Shown one piece after another: positions 31,524-38,933 of a DNA stretch of 64,000 bases. The stretch is from a bacterium (GTDB lineage: Bacteria; UBA8248). The stretch is from NCBI GenBank assembly GCA_965261085.1, contig OZ253442.1, positions 3,296,001 through 3,360,000 of the forward strand. The letters are read 5' to 3'. The number at the start of each line of letters is the position of its first letter. Within the stretch, counting starts at the first letter, position 1. Position numbers and translations under genes: made by a program. The notes beneath the pieces are model-generated. The model did no database searches. It was not told where the DNA came from and worked only from the letters and a program-made list of their open reading frames with translations.

Positions 31524-31919
31524 GTGCCGAGAGAATATCTGGAAGGGAACCCCCGGCAGGAGCAGCGCGCCTTCTCGCCGGCCGTCATCACGAAGGGCGG
31601 AAAGCAGGTCTGGCTGGCCGGGGTCGGCCGGACCATCGACGGGGAAGGAAACCAGCTCCACGGTGATTTCGGTGCGCAGGCACATGCTTCGTTCCGCGCC
31701 ATCCAGGAGGTGCTGGAGCGCGCGGGGGGAAGGCTCGACGACATCGTGACGATGACGGTTTTCATTCTCGACGTTCGCCACGGCGACCGGTTCACGGCGA
31801 TCCGCAAGGAATATTTTCCTGAAAACGCCCCGGCCAGCGCCTTGATCACCGTGAAGGGCTTCGCCCGGCCGGAGATGATGGTCGAGATTCAGGCAATCGC
31901 CGTCATCGGTGACGAATAG
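31524..31919 (+). CDS. RidA-family protein (lacks the catalytic Arg)
   Basis: AFSPAV, VWLAG, AGGRLDDIV, PASALI, MVEIQAIA; GTG start. Confidence 0.85.
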   Translation: MPREYLEGNPRQEQRAFSPAVITKGGKQVWLAGVGRTIDGEGNQLHGDFGAQAHASFRAIQEVLERAGGRLDDIVTMTVFILDVRHGDRFTAIRKEYFPENAPASALITVKGFARPEMMVEIQAIAVIGDE

Positions 31920-32086
31920 CCGCCCGAAGCGGTTGCGCCCTACCTCAGGAGCCGAGCGGTTGGAAATTTGAGCCGACGCTTTTGGAGAGCTCTTTCTCAT
32001 TCTTTATGTACCTTGATTACCGGATTCATCCATTGTAGCATCGTGCGTAAGCCATTAATTCAACTGAATTATCCGTGATTATGCAC

Positions 32087-32115
32087 TTGACTAACCTTGG
32101 CCCAACATGTAGTGT
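32087..32115 (+). promoter_or_regulatory. Sigma70-like promoter using the left TIR (-35 TTGACT, 17 bp, -10 TAGTGT); would give a leaderless mRNA
   Basis: ATG 32122 lies 7 nt after the -10 box and has no RBS. Confidence 0.5.
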
Positions 32116-32121
32116 CGTGGC

Positions 32122-32586
32122 ATGTGGATACATATTCGCCTCACCCTCTGGTTTGGTTTTGCGTATGTTGTCGAAAGGGCGGCTGCCGTAATGTGGCCAG
32201 AAGCGTCCATTTCTACATGGCTGACATTAGCCGCCATGTTCGTCATTGTGATTATAGTCGGTAATTATTGGCAGAGCGTCTCGGAAAAATATACTTGGAA
32301 CTGGGGCCGTAAAGAACCGGATAATTTTTGGAACAACGTGGAGAAAGCAAATATCATCGCCAGAACAATCTATGCCGGAGAGAACTCTTTACTTCAATCA
32401 AGGCGAACGGAAACCATCCTTACCGCACAGGAGACGATAAATGACATCCGCCAGCAAATGTCGGTGAAAGGATATATGGATATGCCTGATCCGATTGACG
32501 TCGATCCTACGGGCAAGGATTGTTTGGTTGCCTTCAAGGCCTGGTACAAATACTTAAGTAAATTCCGAGCGAGACGAGGCCGATGA
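32122..32586 (+). CDS. Hypothetical protein with two N-terminal TM helices (IS passenger)
   Basis: 154-aa ORF in lower-GC DNA, two hydrophobic stretches then a soluble helical tail. Confidence 0.6.
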   Translation: MWIHIRLTLWFGFAYVVERAAAVMWPEASISTWLTLAAMFVIVIIVGNYWQSVSEKYTWNWGRKEPDNFWNNVEKANIIARTIYAGENSLLQSRRTETILTAQETINDIRQQMSVKGYMDMPDPIDVDPTGKDCLVAFKAWYKYLSKFRARRGR

Positions 32587-32624
32587 GAAAACGACCAATT
32601 CCCCATCGGCCTCGCCCTTCACGA

Positions 32625-33524
32625 TTACCGCCGCGCCCCAAACGCGCCTGCTACCTCGTCGCGGATGAATACGCCACCCACTTCTTCGTGATTCGGGCCA
32701 TAGAAGCGGCCCGTGAGCGAGTTGAAGCCATCACCCCGGTCTGCAAATGCAACGCCCACGGACAGATCGCCGTTATGGTCAAATGCTCCATTTCTCACGG
32801 GCATATTGCTCCAAGACATGCTGGCTCGCCTCTCGTTCGTCGTTTGGTCAACGAGATTCGTGAACGAGACGCTGGCCGATGGATTGCTGAAATTGCTGAT
32901 GCCGACCATGGCGTCGCCGATAATGACGTTGCCCTTGTCGTCCGTCTCGCTCGCATCGACACCAACGACGGCCCCGCGCCAAGTCGCGCTACCGGATATG
33001 GGGTTCGTGCCGGTCGCGTTTCCGACCGAGAATACGTCCGCGAAAACCTGCTCGGAAGGGTCGAGCGGATCATTGTCCATGGGATTCCATACGGCGAGAA
33101 GAAAGAAGCTGTGATCCATCCATCCGCCATAATCGAAGGCGTTTCCGGTGACGCCCCTGCTATGGGTTCCGGCCAGGGGGACTTCATGTCGGGTTTCGAG
33201 GCGTTGAAGGGCGCCGCCGCGCCGAGTCATGTCCGAGAGGTCAAGGTTCGTGGGAGTGGGCTGGGTTATTCTGGTGCTCCAGATATCCGCATTGATCGTG
33301 TTGGATTTGATCACGACGGTGGAAGCGTCGATCAGGCCATTCATGATTTCTCTCACCGCCCGAGGTTCAGGAGCAGGAGCGACTGGTGGTTGCTGTGGAG
33401 GCTCTCCGCCACCGGGCATTACCGGTGGAGTGGCTGGAACAGGAACACTCGATTTCTTGCCTCCACCACCACAACCTGCAATCAGAATTGCTACGAAGAG
33501 GCTCAGTACGATGTTCTTGATCAT
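32625..33524 (-). CDS. Surface lipoprotein with TbpB/HpuA-like C-terminal beta-barrel (IS passenger)
   Basis: Signal peptide II MIKNIVLSLFVAILIAG-C, Gly/Pro linker, GSATWRG, GRFYGPNHEEVGGVF...GAFGARR; RBS GAGGTG before ATG 33524. Confidence 0.8.
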   Translation of the reverse strand: MIKNIVLSLFVAILIAGCGGGGKKSSVPVPATPPVMPGGGEPPQQPPVAPAPEPRAVREIMNGLIDASTVVIKSNTINADIWSTRITQPTPTNLDLSDMTRRGGALQRLETRHEVPLAGTHSRGVTGNAFDYGGWMDHSFFLLAVWNPMDNDPLDPSEQVFADVFSVGNATGTNPISGSATWRGAVVGVDASETDDKGNVIIGDAMVGISNFSNPSASVSFTNLVDQTTNERRASMSWSNMPVRNGAFDHNGDLSVGVAFADRGDGFNSLTGRFYGPNHEEVGGVFIRDEVAGAFGARR

Positions 33525-33577
33525 GGAAGTATCCACCTCTATGGCGATATCCCGACCTCCCAGCGAGGCCGGGCCTT

Positions 33578-33709
33578 ATCACCATCACAGAGAAAAGTGA
33601 AGTCCCGCCTATTCACCTTTTGTCCGGGTAGCGAACCCGGAATCGGTGCAAGGCTGTTGTATTCAGCGAGCGACCCGACTCAGAAAGCAGGTCCCTCTGC
33701 GATGGTGAT
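33578..33709 (-). ncRNA. Candidate multi-stem structured RNA / 5' leader upstream of the lipoprotein
   Basis: 15-bp closing stem (33578-33592 with 33695-33709) enclosing three hairpins; irregular pairs are G-U only on the minus strand; promoter-like motif just upstream. Confidence 0.55.
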
Positions 33710-33715
33710 GAATGG

Positions 33716-33745
33716 AGTGTGCCGCGTTTTATCCGGTAACGTCAA
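33716..33745 (-). promoter_or_regulatory. Sigma70-like promoter (TTGACG-N18-CACACT) for the structured RNA and lipoprotein
   Basis: Predicted +1 falls near 33709, the first base of the closing stem. Confidence 0.4.
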
Positions 33746-34005
33746 GGAGAATGTTCAAAAAGGGGTGTTCAAATATATATTCAATGGGTGGCCCCACCCG
33801 CACCACTTCTGGGGAGAAATGGTGATTCCTGGCGAGTGGGGCCACCTATCAGATTCTTTGCTGCGGCTACAATGGGGTCATCGCGCCTCATTCACATCAC
33901 CCCCTCTCGGATCGGGCGGGATAGACGCACTTTCCCTGCTTGACAAAGGTGCTCGGTATTTTGTAGGGTGGGGTTATTCGGATTTTTCACCCTTCAAGTC
34001 CCGAG

Positions 34006-34035
34006 CCGCCAGCGCCAACTGGCGGTTTACCTTTT
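34006..34035 (+). terminator. Intrinsic terminator-like hairpin just beyond the transposase stop
   Basis: ccgccag-cgccaa-ctggcgg followed by tttacctttt. Confidence 0.55.
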
Positions 34036-34043
34036 CTGGCAGT

Positions 34044-34931
34044 CTACGCTACCAGCTTCTTGTACTCAAGAGGTTTCGTGTTCACGATTCGCTTGAGCGT
34101 GTCGTTGAAAATGTAGTGGTTCTTGCGGTTGTTGTATCGCCATTCAAGCTCATCGAGATAGCGATCCATGTGCTTGACGCTCATCTTGTGGAACGCGCCC
34201 GTGAGCGAACGCTTGAACAGCGACCACACGCCCTCGATGCTGTTCGTATGGACATCACCCACGACCCATTCTTCCTCGGAGTGGTTCACGGTTTCATGGC
34301 GCGTGTCGCTGTCCTCAATGCCGATATAGGATTTGAGTTCATCCGTGTAAATGGCTTCGGCCTCATCCCGGATGGTGCGCTGGATGAAGTCGTGGAGCGT
34401 GTTCTTCTTGATGTTCGGAATTCGCTCAAGACGCACCTTGCCGCCGCGCTGGATGGCTCCCGCGACCCATTGCTTGTTCTTCTTGTAGCCCTTGCCTTTG
34501 CCCTTCGCCTTGCCGCCCACGAGCGTTTCATCGACTTCCACGACGCCCACAAGGGTGGGGCCGGAAAAAGGCTCGTTTCCCATGGCCTCGCGGATGCGGT
34601 GGCACAGGTACCACGCCGTGCGATAGGCCACGCCAAGCGTTCTCTGCATCTGGCAAGCGGAGATACCCTTCTTGGATTCACACATGAGATAGATGGCGAG
34701 AAACCACTTACGCAGGGGCAGGTGGGAATCATGCATAATGGTGCCCGATGTAACGCTGAACTGGTAATCACAGGACTTACACTTCCAGCGGTTGTGTTTT
34801 TCCAAATCCAGCACGTCCATATCGCCGCACCTGGTGCAACACACACCCGCAGGCCAGCGAATATCCTGCAACATCTTGCGGCAGGTATCATCGCAGTTGA
34901 ACTTATCAATCAAGTGCATGAGGTTCACCAT
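34044..34931 (-). CDS. IS1595-family (ISXO2-like) DDE transposase
   Basis: Zn ribbon CTRC..CKSC, FSVTSGT, HTH region, VEVDET, IYTDE, HETVNH, HTNSIEGVWS.FKR, YLDE..WRYN; RBS AGGAGG. Confidence 0.96.
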   Translation of the reverse strand: MVNLMHLIDKFNCDDTCRKMLQDIRWPAGVCCTRCGDMDVLDLEKHNRWKCKSCDYQFSVTSGTIMHDSHLPLRKWFLAIYLMCESKKGISACQMQRTLGVAYRTAWYLCHRIREAMGNEPFSGPTLVGVVEVDETLVGGKAKGKGKGYKKNKQWVAGAIQRGGKVRLERIPNIKKNTLHDFIQRTIRDEAEAIYTDELKSYIGIEDSDTRHETVNHSEEEWVVGDVHTNSIEGVWSLFKRSLTGAFHKMSVKHMDRYLDELEWRYNNRKNHYIFNDTLKRIVNTKPLEYKKLVA

Positions 34932-35097
34932 GGCTCAAAAGCCTCCTGGTAAGGGAAAACTCCCGAAGGACGCGCTCAAGCGGCCTGGGCGCGAACTCAT
35001 GGAGCATATATTCGGAACCACGATCATGAAAGAGGTGGACAAACTGACGCCCGACAAATCAAAAGACGATGAAAGTGATGATGAGGTATCCATATGA
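34930..35097 (+). CDS. 55-aa small protein divergent from, and sharing CATG with, the transposase
   Basis: GAGG RBS at 34920-34923, ATG 34930, MAQKPPGKGKLPKDALKRPGRELMEHIFGTTIMKEVDKL...; ends just inside the right TIR. Confidence 0.5.
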   Translation: MAQKPPGKGKLPKDALKRPGRELMEHIFGTTIMKEVDKLTPDKSKDDESDDEVSI

Positions 35098-35100
35098 GGA

Positions 35101-35129
35101 AATATACATCTTGTGGCTCAGTTTGTCAA
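35101..35129 (-). promoter_or_regulatory. Near-consensus inward sigma70 promoter in the right TIR (TTGACA-N17-TATATT) facing the transposase
   Basis: Read directly from the minus strand, 35129 to 35101. Confidence 0.7.
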
Positions 35130-35253
35130 GTGCATAATCGCGGAATTATCTGCTTGTTCCTTGAACGCTGCGCAGAGGGGGGAAAGCCTTGAAGTTTCTT
35201 CCCGTTTTAGAGGGTATTTGTCCCATCGGCGCTCATGAATAGGGGGAGTTGAA

Positions 35254-36237
35254 ATGAAGAAATTCCTTATGCTCGCGGCGATTTCAGCAACGGTGTTCTT
35301 GTTTTCATCTGAGGCGTACGCGGCATACAACATCAGGTTGTCCACGAATCGAAGCCCTCAGGCGGTCGTAAATGAAGTGGCGGAACAGAGGGGGTTTTTC
35401 AAGGAGCAGGGGGTCAACGTCAAGGTCTTCGCGGAGAGTTCGGGGAGCGCTTCCCTGCAGGCCGTCGTAGGCGGTTCCGCCGAAATGGGCGTCGGTCTGC
35501 ATGTTCGCGTCCTTCAGGGGCTCGCCAAAAAGCTCCCTCTCTGCGTCATCGGAATGGTCCAATACGGCCTCACTTCCAAAATCGTCGTTCCGGTCCGGGA
35601 CAAGACGTCCAAGTCGCTGGCGGATCTCAAAGGCAAGCGCCTGGCGGTCCAGATGGGATCGGGCACCTACACGGCCTGGCGGATTCTGCTCAAATACCAG
35701 GGGTTGAAGGAAAAGGATTTCGTCCTCAAGAACATGAAGACGAGGCTCATCCCCGCCACGTTCGAGTCCGGCTCGATCGACGTCGCCGTGGCGTGGGAAC
35801 CCTATGCCTCGATCCTGGTCTCCAAGGGGCTCGCTCGCGTCCTGGTTTCCAACGAAAAGTGGTCGAAGCTGGGAAAGATTGTGTATCCCGTTTTTCTGTA
35901 CGCCAATTGCGGCTGGGTGAAAAAGAACAAAGAAGCCACCCAGCGATTCGTGAACGCCTGGCTCAAGGCGATTAAATTCATCAACTCCAACCCCGAGGAA
36001 TCGGTCGACATCCTGGCAAAAGCCTATAAGGGATGGGGGCTGAAAATTCCGAGAGCCAAGATCAAGGCGGGCATCTATGTCGCCGATTATGACAAGCTGA
36101 CGGTTGACGACGACGTCATGAACGACGTCAACAATTTCGCGCAGATCATGCACGAAATAAAAAAGATCAAGTTCATTCCCGATTTCAAGAAAGCACTGAT
36201 GCTTGAATTCACCAACAAGGCGCTTTCGAAAAATTAG
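35254..36237 (+). CDS. ABC transporter substrate-binding protein, NitT/TauT (SsuA-like)
   Basis: Signal peptide, GFFKEQGVNV, SLADLKGKRLAV..GS, G.IDVAVAWEP; adjacent ATPase and permease. Confidence 0.9.
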   Translation: MKKFLMLAAISATVFLFSSEAYAAYNIRLSTNRSPQAVVNEVAEQRGFFKEQGVNVKVFAESSGSASLQAVVGGSAEMGVGLHVRVLQGLAKKLPLCVIGMVQYGLTSKIVVPVRDKTSKSLADLKGKRLAVQMGSGTYTAWRILLKYQGLKEKDFVLKNMKTRLIPATFESGSIDVAVAWEPYASILVSKGLARVLVSNEKWSKLGKIVYPVFLYANCGWVKKNKEATQRFVNAWLKAIKFINSNPEESVDILAKAYKGWGLKIPRAKIKAGIYVADYDKLTVDDDVMNDVNNFAQIMHEIKKIKFIPDFKKALMLEFTNKALSKN

Positions 36238-36261
36238 GGGGACCTTGAATACGCCGTCCGG

Positions 36262-36297
36262 GGTCCGCAGGGGGAGCGACGGCTCCCTCGGCGGATC
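36262..36297. other. GC-rich intergenic hairpin after the SBP gene (mRNA stabiliser or attenuator)
   Basis: tccgc-a-gggggagc-gacg-gctccctc-g-gcgga. Confidence 0.4.
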
Positions 36298-36392
36298 GGG
36301 CGTTTGTCGGCGGCCCCGGCCGATTTCTTTCGAGCCTTCAGAGTCGGTCAAAGAGCGTCTCTTTGATGCTACGAAAGAAAAACGTGCAAGAT

Positions 36393-37240
36393 ATGGCTAA
36401 ACTCCTGGTCCAGAATCTGAACAAATCCTATATCATCAATGAAGGCTTCGGTAAGCGCTCTCGCGTCCACGCCCTCCGGGACCTCAATCTCGAAGTGAAC
36501 GAAGGCGAGTTTGTCACCGTCATCGGCCCCAGCGGCTGCGGCAAGTCCACCTTTTTGATGGTGGTGGCCGGAATCCATCCATTCGACTCCGGGGTCCTTC
36601 TTCTCGACGGCCGGCCCATCAGCGAACCCGGCCTTGACCGGGGCGTCGTGTTTCAGGATTTTGCGCTCTTCTCCTGGATGACGGTTCGCGACAACGTCAA
36701 ATTCGGACTTTCGATGAAAGGGATGCCCAGGAGGAGCAGCACCGGATTTCGGAACACTATCTCCGCCTCGTCAATCTCCAGGAATTCGCCGACGTGTTCC
36801 CCCATCGCCTCTCGGGCGGGATGAAACAGCGAGTGGGCATCGCGCGGGCGATGGCGACAGAACCCGAAATCCTGTTGATGGACGAGCCGTTCGGCTCTCT
36901 GGACGCCCAGACCCGCAAGAGCCTTCAGATTCAGTTGCTCGACATCTGGCGGGAGACGAAAAAAACCATCGTCTTCATCACGCACAGCGTCCGCGAGGCG
37001 GTGTTCCTTTCGCAAAAAGTGGTGGTTTTGAGCGCTCGCCCGGGCAAGGTGGTGGAGACGATTCTGATAGACCTCACCTATGAAGAGCGCATTTCGCTTT
37101 CCGATCCTTTGATGGAGCATGAGCGCCGCCTGGAAAACCTCATCGAACAGCAAATCAAGGGCGATTTGTCGATGCGACCGATTCAGAAGCCGCCGCTTCC
37201 GAAATCTCCCGGCATTTTGGAGCAGGATATGCTGGAATGA
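36393..37240 (+). pseudogene. NitT/TauT ABC ATP-binding protein split by a 1-bp deletion near 36728 (mutation or assembly error)
   Basis: Walker A GPSGCGKST in ORF 36363..36824; LSGGMKQR and LLMDEPF in the shifted ORF 36794..37240. Confidence 0.85.
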
Positions 37241-37309
37241 ATTCCTGCGGGGGAACGTCCCGGCTCGACGTATGTGACGCCGCATAAAAGATGAACACGG
37301 GAGGGCAAA

Positions 37310-38152
37310 ATGGTTCACTCCGATGCGCTTATGGATACCGAAGCCGTTGAAATCATCGATCCGGGCAAGGGGAAGTGGGCGTACTACATCTTAACGGCAT
37401 GGGAGAATACATGGCCGCTGCTTTGCCTGTTCGTCCTTTGGGAACTCGTGGCGCGCTCGGGGATCATTCACGAGGCGCTTTTCCCCACGGTGACGCAGGT
37501 CGCCCAGACCATCGTGCACATCTTCAACGAAGGGATCCTGATGAAGGACATTACCGCGTCCCTGAGCCGCGTTCTCATTGGCGGATTCATCGCCTGCCTG
37601 ATTGGCACCGTCTTCGGCCTCATCATGGGAACGAACCGTTTCGCGGAAAAAATCATTGTCCCTCCCCTGAATTTTTTCCTCTCGATTCCAGGGATCGCCA
37701 CCTTTCCCATCGTCATACTCTTCCTCGGCCTTACCGAAACAACCCTCATCGTGACCCTCGGATTCGAGGCCGGCCTGACCGTTCTGGTGAACACCTGGAT
37801 GGGTGTGAAATCCGTACCGCCCAACATGCTGTACGCAGGGCGTGTTCTCGGGGCCAGGGGATGGCCGTTTTTCCGGCGCGTTCTTTTTCCCGCGGCTCTT
37901 CCTTCCATCATCACGGGCTATCGACTGGGATTTTCCCGGGCCTGGCGGATACTGGTTGGAGGCGAATTGCTCGTTTCCATCGGGACGGGACTCGGCTACC
38001 GGATATTTCTGGCCCAGGATTTTCTCCAGATCGACGTCATGTATGCAGGCGTATTGCTTATCGGCGTGTTCGGCTTCCTGCTCGAGCGTGTCGTGCTCCG
38101 TTCGTTGGAAGTTTATACGGTTCAGCGTTGGGGGATGATCCGGGAGCTTTGA
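37310..38152 (+). CDS. ABC transporter permease (SsuC/TauC-like)
   Basis: ASLSRVLIG, AGRVLGA (EAA loop), PAALPSIITG.R, GLGY. Confidence 0.9.
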   Translation: MVHSDALMDTEAVEIIDPGKGKWAYYILTAWENTWPLLCLFVLWELVARSGIIHEALFPTVTQVAQTIVHIFNEGILMKDITASLSRVLIGGFIACLIGTVFGLIMGTNRFAEKIIVPPLNFFLSIPGIATFPIVILFLGLTETTLIVTLGFEAGLTVLVNTWMGVKSVPPNMLYAGRVLGARGWPFFRRVLFPAALPSIITGYRLGFSRAWRILVGGELLVSIGTGLGYRIFLAQDFLQIDVMYAGVLLIGVFGFLLERVVLRSLEVYTVQRWGMIREL

Positions 38153-38291
38153 TGCCATGGAGCATCTTTGCGACAGCGCGTGCGAGAGAACCTGATTCCG
38201 TATGTATGCGGGAGGACCCGGAGCGAAGCCGTTGACCAATGAAGCCGGGGCTTATCCGGCGTGAACGATTCAGTGAAGAGGAGAAAATCCC

Positions 38292-38717
38292 ATGATTGAC
38301 GGCATCAAGGAAGTTCATCCGAAACCCGAGGAAAGGCAGAACATGCCCTACGCCCCGGCGATTCACGTCGAGGGCGGATGCGATATCCTCTTTCTATCGG
38401 GGTCGACGACGTCCCCTCTCTACCATCAGCATCCCCACGTGCCGGAGGAGCATGTTTTGCCGCATGACATCAAAGAGCAGACCCGGCGCGTAATGGATAA
38501 CATCAAGATGGTTCTCGATGCGCGGGGCCTGACCTGGCGCAACGTCGTGAAGGTGACCAAATACTTTACCGACAACCGTGAGAGAGACGACGTAAACGCG
38601 GTGCTGAGGGAGTATTTCGGGGACTGGAAACCGGCGAGCACGGGACTGTGCGTCCAGGGGTTGAGCGCTCCGGGCGCCCGCCTGGAACTCGACATGATCG
38701 CCGTCGTTCCGAAATAA
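38292..38717 (+). CDS. RidA-family protein (lacks the catalytic Arg)
   Basis: PYAPAI, LFLSG, EQTRRVMDNI, VVKVT, PASTG, LELDMIAV. Confidence 0.88.
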   Translation: MIDGIKEVHPKPEERQNMPYAPAIHVEGGCDILFLSGSTTSPLYHQHPHVPEEHVLPHDIKEQTRRVMDNIKMVLDARGLTWRNVVKVTKYFTDNRERDDVNAVLREYFGDWKPASTGLCVQGLSAPGARLELDMIAVVPK

Positions 38718-38933
38718 TAGTTTTTCGCGAAATTCGCATTTCTGGTGAACTCCTACGGAATTTTTACGCCTGAATTTGCAGCGGTAAGTGTGAATGCAGA
38801 GCGCGGAACAGTGGACTCGAACGCTGCGTCCCGACCTCGATCGCGCTTATGGCTCACTCAAATGAACCAATGCCCGGTGAAATTTGGGTCTCTCATAAAT
38901 CCGATACCAGGAAAAGCTGCCAACTGCCAAGAG

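Larger units (their letters stand above)
32074..35142 (-). mobile_element. Complete IS1595-family transporter IS, 3069 bp, with passenger genes
   Basis: Inverted termini CGTGATTATGCACTTGACTAAC / CGCGATTATGCACTTGACAAAC (20 of 22 match); 8-bp direct repeat GAATTATC at 32066-32073 and 35143-35150; internal IS1595 transposase; lower GC than upstream genes. Confidence 0.93.

Noticed and set aside
33578-33709. Retron msr-msd, true tRNA or known riboswitch
   Set aside because: No reverse transcriptase nearby; arm order and length do not fit a tRNA; cobalamin, glycine and SAM core motifs not seen by eye (Rfam search still needed)
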